DNA of 64,000 nucleotides from an uncultured Candidatus Saccharibacteria bacterium (GCA_964605735.1 CAZSDS010000001.1:198771-262770), one strand, 5' to 3'; shown: positions 20,136 to 30,363, numbered from the stretch's first letter. Notes: a model not told the origin generated them from the letters alone. Numbers and translations are program-made.

Positions 20136-21209
20136 ATGTGGCCTAGAGGCAACGTGCTCGTGGATTCCGATATCCGCAAGCTTATGAGCGGACCACGTCC
20201 GAGTATCGCAACAAAAGGGACTGAGATCCCTCCAAGCTCACTGGACATGGCGGTCGGCGAGCGCGTCTGGCAAGTCTCCGGTCTGCCCACAGTGGCTGGC
20301 GGGTTTGATTTCAAGACGTTTATCGACGAATACGCCATAAACGAAATTCCGCACACTAAGCGCCCTTGGGCGTTCACACCAGGCAGCATCTACTTTGCAG
20401 AACTCGAGCCGAAATTCCGCCTGCCTGAATGCGTCGGTGGCGTTACCAACGCCAAAAGTTCTGCAGGGAGAATTGACCTGTATTGCCCCACAGTAGCGAA
20501 CGGGTGCGACCAATACAACGTGGTCCCCGCGGGTTACAAAGGTAAGCTGTACATGTTAATGGTCCCGCAAAGCTTTTCTTTCCGAGGGGTGCGGGCTCAC
20601 GAATTTGTCCAGATTCGATTGAACGAGGGCGAGCGGCAGTATCTTCAGGGATTCGAACTTCAAATGCTGCACGACCAGTACAAGCTGGTTTTAAACCGCA
20701 AACCGGTCCTCACGCAATCAGGGCTAATGCTGCATTTGGATCTGCGAAACAACCTGGTCGCAACCAAAAACGGCAAACCAATCGACCTCAACAGGCGGGA
20801 TATAAACCCGAGGTACTACTTTAGACGCAAGTTGAAGGACGCACAAGGAAGGCTTTTCCTTGAGCCCGGGGAGTTTTTGCTCGCCAACACAATGGAATAC
20901 CTGCGCATCCCTGACAAGGTGTGCGCAGAGATGGAGGCTCATGACGAAAAACAAGGCGAGATGCGCACGCATTATGCCGGGTTTTTCGATCCTAACTTTG
21001 AAGGCAACATTGTTTGTGAAATCAGGAATATTGGCACTGCGCCGATTATCCTGTCTCACGGACAGCCGATTGCCTTGGTTAGATACGAAGCTCTCCGTTC
21101 AAGACCAGTGGCGCTCTACGGCCAAAAGAAATCAGGTGCCAAGGTGTCAAATTACCAAGGCCAGCGGGGAATCCGCCTGGCGAAGTATTTTGCCCCCTGG
21201 GCTGCCTGA
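20136..21209 (+). CDS. dcd: dCTP deaminase, long two-domain type
   Basis: PSSLD, NAKSSAGRIDL, GEMRTHYAGFFDPNF and SNYQGQ motifs. Confidence 0.88.
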   Translation: MWPRGNVLVDSDIRKLMSGPRPSIATKGTEIPPSSLDMAVGERVWQVSGLPTVAGGFDFKTFIDEYAINEIPHTKRPWAFTPGSIYFAELEPKFRLPECVGGVTNAKSSAGRIDLYCPTVANGCDQYNVVPAGYKGKLYMLMVPQSFSFRGVRAHEFVQIRLNEGERQYLQGFELQMLHDQYKLVLNRKPVLTQSGLMLHLDLRNNLVATKNGKPIDLNRRDINPRYYFRRKLKDAQGRLFLEPGEFLLANTMEYLRIPDKVCAEMEAHDEKQGEMRTHYAGFFDPNFEGNIVCEIRNIGTAPIILSHGQPIALVRYEALRSRPVALYGQKKSGAKVSNYQGQRGIRLAKYFAPWAA

Positions 21210-21216
21210 AACGACA

Positions 21217-21248
21217 CTGCTCTGTCAGAAATGACAGAGCAGATTTTT
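21217..21248. terminator. Intrinsic terminator
   Basis: CTGCTCTGTCA-gaaa-TGACAGAGCAG-ATTTTT. Confidence 0.8.
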
Positions 21249-21269
21249 ATTATTTAAGACTTCGTGGTT

Positions 21270-22442
21270 TTAGGTATTTACTAAGCTTTCAATAAATTTT
21301 ATCAATTTAGCGACTTCTGCTTCTCTGTTTGATTTTCCAAGGGTGACCCTGACAGTTGCCGACGGATCCTTATACCCTTTATTAAGCGCTAATATCACGT
21401 GAGAGGGGTCTGCTGAGCCGCTCACGCAAGCTGAGCCAGTAGACACGGCAAATCCAGCCAGATCGAATTTGGCAATAGCTGTTTCCTGATCCGTCCCCTT
21501 GACAGTGAAGTTAATGATATCCGGCGCCCGGTCCTCACCCAGCGGCCCATTTATTTCCACATTTTTCAATTTCTTCAATGCGCTGATCAGCTCGTTGCTA
21601 AGCTTCCTAATTTTTTCCCCGTCTTTTTGCCTTCGTTCAAAATCTCCCAACAGTTTTATGCTTTGGGCAAAACCAATAATGCCACTTGAATTCTGTGTTC
21701 CTGCTCTAAGCCCATATTCCTGAGATCCGCCGTTGATTAGGCCATCAATTTTCGTTCTATTTTTTATATACAACGCACCAATTCCTTTAGGTCCATTAAT
21801 CTTGTGGGCGGATAAGGTCATCAAGTCCACACCCAATTTTTCTACATGGCAGTTGTAATATTTTAACGCCTGGACAGCGTCTGTATGGAAATATATCGGG
21901 TGCCTCTGCCTAAGGTTAATGTCAGCAATTGCCCGTCCTATCTGCCGAATAGGCAAAACAGATCCAATTTCATTTGAAACAAAAATCACGGAAACCAAAA
22001 CAGTAGTATCTTTTATTGCCGCCACCACATCATCAGCAGAAACCATTCCGTTCTTGTCCGGCTTAACAAAAGTCGCATCAATTATCCCCTGCTCCTGCAT
22101 TTTCTTGATCACGTTATAAACCGACTGGTGCTCAAGTTCAGTGGTCACCACGTGCGGTTTTTCGTTCCACTGGCTTAAAGCTGATGAAACAATGCCTTTG
22201 ATAGCCATATTATTTGCTTCAGTGGCGCCGGAAGTAAAAACAATTTCCTGCGGTTTGGCTGAAATAGCTTGGGCGATTTCCGCCCTTGCAAAATCAATTT
22301 TTGCACGAGCCTGCTGACCTTCGTAATGAACCGAGTTTGGATTGCCAAAAAATTCCTGGTCAAAATCAAACATAGCCTTCTGGACTTTTTTGTCCAAAGG
22401 CGTCGTAGCGGCGTGGTCAAAGTAAATTCTGGTTTTTTTCAT
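21270..22442 (-). CDS. Cysteine desulfurase (IscS/NifS family)
   Basis: YFDHAATTP, FTSGATEANN, HTDAVQ, SAHKINGPKG and STGSAC motifs. Confidence 0.93.
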   Translation of the reverse strand: MKKTRIYFDHAATTPLDKKVQKAMFDFDQEFFGNPNSVHYEGQQARAKIDFARAEIAQAISAKPQEIVFTSGATEANNMAIKGIVSSALSQWNEKPHVVTTELEHQSVYNVIKKMQEQGIIDATFVKPDKNGMVSADDVVAAIKDTTVLVSVIFVSNEIGSVLPIRQIGRAIADINLRQRHPIYFHTDAVQALKYYNCHVEKLGVDLMTLSAHKINGPKGIGALYIKNRTKIDGLINGGSQEYGLRAGTQNSSGIIGFAQSIKLLGDFERRQKDGEKIRKLSNELISALKKLKNVEINGPLGEDRAPDIINFTVKGTDQETAIAKFDLAGFAVSTGSACVSGSADPSHVILALNKGYKDPSATVRVTLGKSNREAEVAKLIKFIESLVNT

Positions 22443-22448
22443 TAAGCT

Positions 22449-22784
22449 TTATCTGTCGAATCGGTTAAAAATTATTTTCAAAATTGAAACAACAATACTG
22501 AAGAGCAGTGCATTCCAAAAACCGTTTATTTCAAACCCCGGGACAATCCCCGCGACCAGCATTATCATCAGGGCGTTGACCACAAAAGTAAACAAGCCCA
22601 AAGTTAGAATATTGATTGGCAGGGTTAGAATGATCACAATCGGTTTAATGAGCGTATTTACGATGCCCAAAATCACCGCCGCAAGTACGGCGATAAGCAA
22701 ATTGGACATTGAAGCACCGGGTACAACGTAGGTGGCAATAATCAAAGCCAGGCTGGTAAAAATAATGTTAAGAAGTAGGTTCAT
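22449..22784 (-). CDS. YvlD-like 4-TM membrane protein ('phage holin family')
   Basis: N..IKP....LTLPINILTLGLF.FVVNA signature. Confidence 0.85.
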   Translation of the reverse strand: MNLLLNIIFTSLALIIATYVVPGASMSNLLIAVLAAVILGIVNTLIKPIVIILTLPINILTLGLFTFVVNALMIMLVAGIVPGFEINGFWNALLFSIVVSILKIIFNRFDR

Positions 22785-22786
22785 TG

Positions 22787-23218
22787 TTAAAATATATTGC
22801 TAAAGTCTTTTGAATTCTCTTCCAAGCTTTCTTTCAGGTCAGATACTTTGGACTCAGGTTCTTGTGGAGGCGGCGGAGTGGCTACCCTTTTGAATTCTGG
22901 CTTCTTGAATTCATATGTCTGGGTAGGTTTTGGGGATTTCTCCACTTGCACTTTTGGTTTCATTTTCTGGTCAATAACGCCGAGCAAGCCCTTTTGCAGT
23001 TTATCCGCATGGTAAGAATTGAATCGGTCCTTGTAGTTGTCTCGCAGGGATTTTGCGATTTTCTTGATGTGGTCTTTGCTTATACCATCGCTCCTGTGTT
23101 TTTCAAATGCTTTTTTTAGCTCTTTTCTGTCAGTGGAAGAAAATTTTAAATCTTTGAGGTGGTTGTCCAGCTCATGGAACTGGATGCGGTTTGCTGGATC
23201 TGCAAAAAAGAATCCCAT
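22787..23218 (-). CDS. Hypothetical basic protein
   Basis: ORF trimmed to ATG 23218 to avoid overlapping the upstream gene; operon position. Confidence 0.65.
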   Translation of the reverse strand: MGFFFADPANRIQFHELDNHLKDLKFSSTDRKELKKAFEKHRSDGISKDHIKKIAKSLRDNYKDRFNSYHADKLQKGLLGVIDQKMKPKVQVEKSPKPTQTYEFKKPEFKRVATPPPPQEPESKVSDLKESLEENSKDFSNIF

Positions 23219-23234
23219 ATTTTTGTTTTCCTGT

Positions 23235-23633
23235 TTAATTTTTCGATTTTCTAAAACCTGCGGCAATAGCTTCAGCTTCTGTGGAAAAGCATTGCTCTGC
23301 CATAGTTCTATTATAGAACGAACCGCCTGGCATATGGTAGACCTTGTTGCTTCCGCTGATATTGCCTTTAATTTGCCCGGGGAAACAATCGTTTTTGCCT
23401 GTTTGCGTGGCTGGCGCCGGGCCATTACTATTGTTATCGGTTCCTAATTGATTTGCCTGCGTTTCTGCGGTATTATTTAAGGGCGCAAACGCTTCTTCCA
23501 CCCTGATTTCCGGAGGCATGTGAGTGGAAGCTGAAATCCGGCCTAAACTGAAAGCAATCCCTGCCATCAGAACATAGCCGACCGTCAGAGTCAGTAATTG
23601 TTGCCGATTTTTTACAAATTCCTTCAAATTCAT
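23235..23633 (-). CDS. Membrane-anchored protein with a C-terminal Ada-like domain
   Basis: N-terminal TM; C..IKGNIS..KVYHMPG..FY..T....CF.TE.EA.AAGFR motif. Confidence 0.8.
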   Translation of the reverse strand: MNLKEFVKNRQQLLTLTVGYVLMAGIAFSLGRISASTHMPPEIRVEEAFAPLNNTAETQANQLGTDNNSNGPAPATQTGKNDCFPGQIKGNISGSNKVYHMPGGSFYNRTMAEQCFSTEAEAIAAGFRKSKN

Positions 23634-23640
23634 ATTTTTT

Positions 23641-24978
23641 ATGCAGTACGCGTTTATTTTAGGGAGGGTCTATACTTTATCTTTGTCCGAATTGCTTGAG
23701 GTGCTAAAAAACCTCGGCGTTGTTTACAAGATCATCGTTTCTTCAAACGAGGTGATTGTTATCGAAACGGAAACAGCGCTTAACTGCGAAAAACTGCAAC
23801 TCAGACTTGGCGGAGTGATTAAGATTATCAAAATTTTTGATACTTTCCAGAAAAAAGGAAGGGAATACCCGTCCCAGGTACTGGAGAATTATTTTACCTT
23901 CAAAAGAATAAAAAGCCAATACTTCACTGAATATAGCGGGAAAAAACAATTTGGTGTTTCAGTGTACTCGCTTGATCCTGCTGTCCGATTCCGCGAAGAA
24001 AATCAGCGCCTGGCATTTATGGTCAAGAAGATTCTGCAGGAAGAATCCCAAAGCGTGCGCGCTGTTTTACCGCAATACCCTGCCCAGACTCTCTCCTCAG
24101 TGCTGGTTGGAGAAAACCAGCTTCTGCAAAAAGGCGCTGAAATTGTGGTTGTCTCAGGCACGCAAAAACTTTTTGTGGGAAAGACAGTTACGGTTCAGAA
24201 CTACGAGGACTATGGACGTCGGGATTATCAGCGCCCGGCTCGCGATGAACGCGTTGGCATGATCCCGCCAAAAGTCGCGCAAAGCATGATAAACCTGGCA
24301 GGGCCGCTAAAACCCCTTGATTACGTCCTTGACCCTTTCTGCGGGTCTGGGACAGTGCTGCAGGAAGCAATTTTTATGGGGTATAGGGCTGTTGGCGCTG
24401 ACCTGGACCAAAAAGCTATTGAAAATAGTGAGAAAAACCTGGAGTGGTTCAGGAACAGGTACCATGTGGCGCCAAACCGCTATAAGCTGTTCAAATCCCA
24501 TGCCGCTGAAATTTCAATCCAACTGCCAAGCTATAAAATTGCGGCTATCGTCAGTGAAGGCACGCTAGGCCCAATTTACGGTAGCCTCCCTAAGAAGGCA
24601 GAAATGGCAGCAAATTTTAAGAATTTGGCAAAGCTTTATGAGCAGGTTTTCAGCGAGTTCAATAAGTTTTTGGAAGATGGCGCCCGGGTGGTCATGTGTT
24701 TCCCTGCTTATAAGACGGGCCAATACGCCTATGAATTCATGCCTAGCCTTGACTTTGCGGCTAAAAATGGGTATACTGTTCAAGCGCCAATTCCTCAGGA
24801 TTTAAAGGCGAAATACAAGTTTTTAAGGGTGACTGAACGCGATTCGGTGGTCTATGATCGAAAAGACCAGGTAGTGGCCCGAGAAATCATAATTTTTGTA
24901 AAAAACGGTTCTAAATTTATTGAAGCGGAAGCGCAAGTCGAAGCCCCGCCAGCAGAACCAGAAGTACAGGAAAATTAA
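23641..24978 (+). CDS. TRM11-like SAM-dependent methyltransferase
   Basis: RDY.RP, GMIPPKVAQSMINL and LDPFCGSGT motifs. Confidence 0.85.
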   Translation: MQYAFILGRVYTLSLSELLEVLKNLGVVYKIIVSSNEVIVIETETALNCEKLQLRLGGVIKIIKIFDTFQKKGREYPSQVLENYFTFKRIKSQYFTEYSGKKQFGVSVYSLDPAVRFREENQRLAFMVKKILQEESQSVRAVLPQYPAQTLSSVLVGENQLLQKGAEIVVVSGTQKLFVGKTVTVQNYEDYGRRDYQRPARDERVGMIPPKVAQSMINLAGPLKPLDYVLDPFCGSGTVLQEAIFMGYRAVGADLDQKAIENSEKNLEWFRNRYHVAPNRYKLFKSHAAEISIQLPSYKIAAIVSEGTLGPIYGSLPKKAEMAANFKNLAKLYEQVFSEFNKFLEDGARVVMCFPAYKTGQYAYEFMPSLDFAAKNGYTVQAPIPQDLKAKYKFLRVTERDSVVYDRKDQVVAREIIIFVKNGSKFIEAEAQVEAPPAEPEVQEN

Positions 24979-25044
24979 TTTGAAGAAACGTAATAGCAGG
25001 CTTTAACTAGCCGAAGACGTTGATTCAAGGTAGTAAGGCATAAA

Positions 25045-25332
25045 ATGGCACATAAGAAAGCCGGTGGATCCACAGCCTTAGGCCGAGATTCACAAGCAAA
25101 GCGCCTTGGCGTCAAATTATTCGGCGGCCAAGCTGCTAAAACCGGAAACATCATAGTCAGACAGCGTGGTACCAAGTGGCATCCTGGCAAAAACGTCCGT
25201 ATCGGCGGAGATGACACGATTTACGCGGTTGCTGATGGTGTTGTAAAATTCACCAGCAAAAAAGTCCGGGGCTTTGACGGACAGCTGCACTTGAGAAAAT
25301 TCGTTCACGTTTTGCCTCAAGAGGCTAAATAA
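25045..25332 (+). CDS. rpmA: 50S ribosomal protein L27
   Basis: [22 protein letters not shown]. Confidence 0.98.
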   Translation: MAHKKAGGSTALGRDSQAKRLGVKLFGGQAAKTGNIIVRQRGTKWHPGKNVRIGGDDTIYAVADGVVKFTSKKVRGFDGQLHLRKFVHVLPQEAK

Positions 25333-25408
25333 TAAAAACTCCTGCAAAGGGGTTTTTATTTTGACTTCTTGCGATAATTTCGTTAAGGTCAGGGTGTAAG
25401 GAGGAGAG

Positions 25409-25792
25409 ATGTATGCGTTAAGACCTCCCAGCTTCCCGGAAGGTTTTGATATCAAACATCCGTATTGGGGTTGGGTCGAAGTAAGCGAATCCGCCTGGTT
25501 CCGCTTCAAGCGAGAGTTTGATCCGGCTTCAGCGATGACGCAAAGTGATCTTGAAGAGGCGCTCGAGTTGTGCTTCTGGAGATCTGTTCCGCAGGTGTAT
25601 GAGATCACCATTACCGGAGGCTTGCGGCTTTTTGTTCCCCGGTATGCTGAAATTATTTATCTCCTTGATGAGGAGACCATGATGCGGTTCATGATCAGGC
25701 AGAGTGACCTCGTTCTCGTCTCGTCCAAAAAGATGATTGACCCGCTCGTTCCAAATCCTCAACCAGAGGAAAACAAAGTGAGCGCCGCATGA
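25409..25792 (+). CDS. Hypothetical protein
   Basis: TTGACT-17-TAAGGT promoter and AAGGAGG SD. Confidence 0.7.
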   Translation: MYALRPPSFPEGFDIKHPYWGWVEVSESAWFRFKREFDPASAMTQSDLEEALELCFWRSVPQVYEITITGGLRLFVPRYAEIIYLLDEETMMRFMIRQSDLVLVSSKKMIDPLVPNPQPEENKVSAA

Positions 25793-25807
25793 ATGCAGCG
25801 CTCTTTT

Positions 25808-27655
25808 TTATTTGCCTGATTGTTTTGTCTCTAAAGCCACTACTTTTTTCTTTGCTTGTGATGTTCTTGTGGTCTTAGCCAGCTTTTCAGAGTGTCTAGT
25901 TTTTCGTTCTTTGATCTTTCGTTCCTTTTCAGCTTGTATTCTGGAAGCGACCACAGTCCTTATCAGTTCCCTGAACAGCGGTCCAGGGGTAAGTGGTCTG
26001 GATTTAAACTCCGGATGGAACTGCACTCCCACGAAGAATGGGTGATTCTCTAGCTCCACAATTTCCACCAGTTGTTTGTCCGGAGTGGTCCCGGTCACCA
26101 CCAAACCTTTGGCTTCCAGCTGTTTGCGATATTTGTTGTTGAATTCGTAGCGGTGGCGGTGGCGTTCAAAGATTTTCTTCTCGCCATAAGCCTGGAAAGC
26201 CTTACTTCCTTCTTTCAGCACGCATGGCCAGGCGCCCAGACGCATTGTTCCACCATACTCTTTTTTGAGCATTTTCTTTTCCTGGTCAGACATTATGTGG
26301 ATGACAGGATTAGGAGTTTTAGGGTCGAATTCCGTGCTGTGAGCATCCTTCAGCTTGGCGACGTTGCGTGCAAACTCAATGGTCGCGATTTGCAGGCCCA
26401 GACAAAGGCCCAGATAAGGCACCTTGTGCTCCCGGCAATATTTCGCGGCAAGGATTTTTCCTTCAATTCCCCGCTTGCCAAATCCTCCCGGAACTACAAT
26501 ACAATCCATTCCTTTCAGCAAATCTGTGCCCTTTTTAGCGACCTGCTCCGCGTCTATCCAGTGGATTTTAACGTGAGCGTCATTTGCCCCAGCCCCGGCT
26601 TTAATGGCTTCAATCACGGACAAATAGGTGTCCTTCATGTTCATATACTTGCCGACCAGCCCCAGGTTTATCTGGTGTTTCTTTGGTTTGCGAACGCGCT
26701 TAAGCAGGCTAACCCAGGATGTGTCTTTTCTGCCGCTTGGTTTAAGGCCGAATTTGTTTATGATCAGCGAATCCAGCTTATACTTTTCCAGGATCATTGG
26801 TACTTCGTAAACCGTGTCCACGGTTTCAAGAGGGATCACAGCTTTTGGTTCCAAACCCACGAACAAGGCAATTTTGTTTATTATTCCATTGCGGATTGGA
26901 TAATCAGAACGGCAGATTACTACGTCAGGCTGGATTCCCATAGCCTGCAGGTCGTGGACTGAGTTTTGCAAAGGCTTGGTTTTCAACTCTTCGCTTACAG
27001 CCAGGTAAGGCACAAAGCCCACATGCACGTAGATCACGTTTTCTCTGCCAACGTCATAAATCATCTGGCGGATGGCTTCAATGAAATGGGTGCCTTCGTA
27101 ATCACCCACAGTCCCCCCGATTTCAGTGATCAATACATCTGCTTTTGATTGTTTTGCTGCAAATTTAATTCGGTCCTTAACCTCATCCGTGACGTGCGGA
27201 ATCATCTGAATTGTTTTGCCCAGAAATTGCCCGGACCGTTCTTTTTCCAAAATGCTTTGGTAGATTTGTCCAGTCATGACAGAAGAAGCCTTGGACAGGC
27301 TTACGTCCACAAAACGCTCGTAATGACCCAAATCCAAATCAGTTTCTCCCCCATCGTCTGTAACAAACACTTCTCCGTGTTCAGCCGGATTCAATGTCCC
27401 TGCGTCAACGTTCAGGTATTGGTCAAATTTTTGCATAAACACAGAAAAACCGCGTGCCTTGAGAATGTTCCCAATAGACGCCGCAGTTATGCCTTTTCCG
27501 AGGCCAGAAAGGACTCCGCCGGTAACGAAGATGTACTTTGTATTCTGTTTTGCTGGCCTTGAAGCCGCTGACCTTGAAATCGTCCTGACTTTTTTTGCTG
27601 TCAGTTTTGCTGTTCTTGCTGTGTTTTTCTTTTTGACTGCTCTGTTTCGTTTCAT
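25808..27655 (-). CDS. pyrG: CTP synthase
   Basis: [37 protein letters not shown] and QFHPEF motifs. Confidence 0.98.
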   Translation of the reverse strand: MKRNRAVKKKNTARTAKLTAKKVRTISRSAASRPAKQNTKYIFVTGGVLSGLGKGITAASIGNILKARGFSVFMQKFDQYLNVDAGTLNPAEHGEVFVTDDGGETDLDLGHYERFVDVSLSKASSVMTGQIYQSILEKERSGQFLGKTIQMIPHVTDEVKDRIKFAAKQSKADVLITEIGGTVGDYEGTHFIEAIRQMIYDVGRENVIYVHVGFVPYLAVSEELKTKPLQNSVHDLQAMGIQPDVVICRSDYPIRNGIINKIALFVGLEPKAVIPLETVDTVYEVPMILEKYKLDSLIINKFGLKPSGRKDTSWVSLLKRVRKPKKHQINLGLVGKYMNMKDTYLSVIEAIKAGAGANDAHVKIHWIDAEQVAKKGTDLLKGMDCIVVPGGFGKRGIEGKILAAKYCREHKVPYLGLCLGLQIATIEFARNVAKLKDAHSTEFDPKTPNPVIHIMSDQEKKMLKKEYGGTMRLGAWPCVLKEGSKAFQAYGEKKIFERHRHRYEFNNKYRKQLEAKGLVVTGTTPDKQLVEIVELENHPFFVGVQFHPEFKSRPLTPGPLFRELIRTVVASRIQAEKERKIKERKTRHSEKLAKTTRTSQAKKKVVALETKQSGK

Positions 27656-28095
27656 AGTGCTTCAACATTTACCGTAACGGTGGCCTTGTGCTTGTCAGTA
27701 AGTTTTAGTTCTACTTTGTGGCTTCCCGTGGTTTTTATGGGGTTAAGAATTTTTATTTGCTTAGGCTGGAGATCCACTCCAAAGTGGGCTCGTATCTCAG
27801 TAATTATATCCTGTTCGTGAACTCCTGCAAAGAGCTTGGCCCCATCAGCCTTTTTCTTTAAGGTGATTTGTCTATTCTGGATCTTTTTTTGCAATTCTGC
27901 GAGTTTTTGTTCCTGCCTTGCCAGTTTTTCTGTATGTTCTTTCCTCTCCTTGTTGATTTTATTGACTTGCGACTGGCTGGCTGGAACTGCAGAGCCGTTT
28001 TTCATTAAAAAATTTCTGGCATAACCGTCAGAAACTTCTTTTATATCCCCTGCACGCCCCAAGCCTGAAACGTCCTTGGTAAGTATCACTTTCAT
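27652..28095 (-). CDS. rplI: 50S ribosomal protein L9
   Basis: MKVIL..DV..LG..G....V..GYARNFL. Confidence 0.97.
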   Translation of the reverse strand: MKVILTKDVSGLGRAGDIKEVSDGYARNFLMKNGSAVPASQSQVNKINKERKEHTEKLARQEQKLAELQKKIQNRQITLKKKADGAKLFAGVHEQDIITEIRAHFGVDLQPKQIKILNPIKTTGSHKVELKLTDKHKATVTVNVEAL

Positions 28096-28210
28096 GCAGG
28101 AATTATATAAAACTTGTGTGTGTGCAGCAAGTTTTTTAGTTTTATGTCGGTTCTCGCGTGGACATAGATTATTGCTCCGGTTATAATGTGGCTACTTTAG
28201 GAGGAATAAA

Positions 28211-28384
28211 ATGGACACTGCCCAAGAAATCTCAGATCGAGTAGATAGGATCTTAGAAGGGCCGAAATTTCCCTTCTGGTTACTCTGCAAGTTGATCTGG
28301 TTCGAGCTTCGAGGGAAACAGGTGGAGTCTGTAATACTCGGTCCTGCTTACGAAGTTCACTTCGCCGGCCACGGCCACAACTAG
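28211..28384 (+). CDS. Small hypothetical protein, 57 aa (below the ORF-track cutoff)
   Basis: TGGACA-17-TATAAT promoter and TAGGAGG SD; MDTAQEISDRVDRILEGPKFPFWLLCKLIWFELRGKQVESVILGPAYEVHFAGHGHN. Confidence 0.65.
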   Translation: MDTAQEISDRVDRILEGPKFPFWLLCKLIWFELRGKQVESVILGPAYEVHFAGHGHN

Positions 28385-28388
28385 CGCC

Positions 28389-28574
28389 ATGAAGCCGCCG
28401 GCGCTCAAACAAAAAACCAGCGGCGGTATTCTAGCCAAACTGGTTCATCTGTTCCGCTGCAACCATCTCTGGTGTCCCTGGTGCGAGAAAAAACTCTGCC
28501 GGGGCGACCACAGTGAATGTCAGTTGTTCGAGACCGAAGTAAACGGCCCGAATTCCAAACTGATCCCGAACTAA
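28389..28574 (+). CDS. Small Cys/His-rich hypothetical protein
   Basis: Starts 4 nt after the previous stop; CNH..CPWC....C...H..C pattern. Confidence 0.5.
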   Translation: MKPPALKQKTSGGILAKLVHLFRCNHLWCPWCEKKLCRGDHSECQLFETEVNGPNSKLIPN

Positions 28575-28610
28575 TACCTGGCCCTGAGTCAGGTTTTTAT
28601 TTGGGCAAAA

Positions 28611-29525
28611 CTAAATTTTCAAATACCTTCTCATGGCAATCGAGCTGGCGATAATGCCCAGACCAAGGCCCAGGAGCAAGTTCATTACAGCAATTTGAAT
28701 AAGCAAGGTATTTGTAAGGCTTCCGCCGATATTATCCAAGGACAGTAAGGATTCCACTCGTCCCGACATGAAATGCAAGAGAGCATACATGATACCTGTC
28801 GTAATTACAGTGGCAATAAACCCGTACATAACACCCTCTATGATAAATGGCATACGTATGTACCAGTTTGTGGCGCCCACCAGACGCATAATTTCGACTT
28901 CCTGGCGGCGATTATAAATGGTTAGCCGGATTGTATTAAACATAACCATAATGGTCACCACAACGAAAATTGCCGCTAAAATAATACCTAAGTATTTAAT
29001 GGTATTCGTTATGTTCAAAAGACGGCTGATGACCTTGCCGTTATCCTTTATCCGCTCAAAATATGGCGCGAACCGCTCTGATCTTAAGGTGTCAGCTATG
29101 GTTGAGTAGCTTTCCAAGTGTGCGGCGCGGATTGCGAAAGTATTAGGCAATGGATTTTCGCTCGCATTATAATTTTCCAAAGCTTCAATTAAAAGAGGCT
29201 CATCTTTATGCATTTCCTTGAAGATTTCTACAGCTACCGTATTCGGGATATATTCCACGTTAACTACATCTGGCATCAGCTCGATTTCAGCCTTGATATT
29301 CAAGATTTCACGCTCGCTGGTCTGGTTGTTGAAGTATGCCGTAATGCCCACCTTGTCCTGAATAGTCTGAAGAGAAAGGTTTGTCAGCGTGTATAAAACA
29401 AGGATTGTCGAGATTATGAACAAAGTGATTGTCATAATCGAAGTCGCCGCAAGAGACAACCAAATGTTGCGGAAGAAATTCGTAAACCCTGTTTTTGTTA
29501 ACCTTTTTGCTGTAACAAATGCCAT
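28611..29525 (-). CDS. ftsX: Cell division permease FtsX
   Basis: NPLP, NTIRLTIY.RR.EV.IMRLVGAT..YIR.PF..EG motifs; follows ftsE. Confidence 0.95.
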   Translation of the reverse strand: MAFVTAKRLTKTGFTNFFRNIWLSLAATSIMTITLFIISTILVLYTLTNLSLQTIQDKVGITAYFNNQTSEREILNIKAEIELMPDVVNVEYIPNTVAVEIFKEMHKDEPLLIEALENYNASENPLPNTFAIRAAHLESYSTIADTLRSERFAPYFERIKDNGKVISRLLNITNTIKYLGIILAAIFVVVTIMVMFNTIRLTIYNRRQEVEIMRLVGATNWYIRMPFIIEGVMYGFIATVITTGIMYALLHFMSGRVESLLSLDNIGGSLTNTLLIQIAVMNLLLGLGLGIIASSIAMRRYLKI

Positions 29526-29685
29526 TGTTGTTTTTTAGAATACTTTGTAGTTGACGGACGGAACCATTTGTTTGGGCAGAGGCCGTCGGAGACCGTTCTC
29601 AAACGGTCGAGACCTGAGCAGAAAATTTAACGTGAGCTAAATTTTACTGCGTACTCTGAACAGACAAATGGTGCAGTCCTAAAAA

Positions 29686-30363
29686 CTACAAAACGTATTT
29701 GCCTTTTTCTTGATCGTAAACGATCTCGCCTTTTTCAATTGTGACGACGCGCTTTTTAATGCTGTTAACTAAATCCTTAGCGTGCGTTGCAAGCATGACT
29801 GTGGTTCCTGATTTGTTGATTTTCAAAAGAAGCTGAATAATGTCCCAAGCATTGATGGAATCCAAATTGCCTGTTGGCTCATCCGCCAAAAGCAGAACCG
29901 GCTTATGCACCAGGGATCTCGCAATGGCAATTCTTTGTCTTTCTCCGCCTGACATTTCGTCCGGGAAAGCCTTGGCTTTCTCTTCCAATCCAACCATTTC
30001 CAGAATTTTAGGAACTTCTTTTTTAATGACGTGATTGGTTTCGCCAGCCACTTCCATGGCAAAAGCAATGTTTTCAAAAGCAGTCCTGTTCGGCAATAGC
30101 TTAATATCTTGAAAAACGACCCCAATTTTTCGCCTTAAAAAAGGTATATCTGACCGGCGGATGCGCCCCACATCAATGTCGTCGATTAAAATTCTCCCCT
30201 GGTCAGGCCTTTCTTCGCCAATAACAAGACTGAGCAGTGTGGATTTGCCTGCCCCTGACTGCCCAACCAATGAAATGAATTCTCCTTTGTGTATCTCGAG
30301 ATTGACGTTGTTAAGCGCCGCGTGTTTTCCGTACTTTTTTGTGATGTTTTCGAATTTGATCAT
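29686..30363 (-). CDS. ftsE: Cell division ATP-binding protein FtsE
   Basis: GQSGAGKST, LRRKIGVVFQD.KLL and ADEPTGNLD motifs. Confidence 0.95.
   Translation of the reverse strand: MIKFENITKKYGKHAALNNVNLEIHKGEFISLVGQSGAGKSTLLSLVIGEERPDQGRILIDDIDVGRIRRSDIPFLRRKIGVVFQDIKLLPNRTAFENIAFAMEVAGETNHVIKKEVPKILEMVGLEEKAKAFPDEMSGGERQRIAIARSLVHKPVLLLADEPTGNLDSINAWDIIQLLLKINKSGTTVMLATHAKDLVNSIKKRVVTIEKGEIVYDQEKGKYVL

Noticed and set aside
22449-22784. Prophage suggested by a 'holin family' gene
   Set aside because: YvlD-like proteins are common chromosomal genes, and there are no phage structural, integrase or endolysin genes around it.
26072-26962. 296-aa plus-strand ORF and similar antisense ORFs over gyrB, rplA, atp genes and the hydrolase (873-1451)
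   Set aside because: Antisense shadows of well-supported genes.
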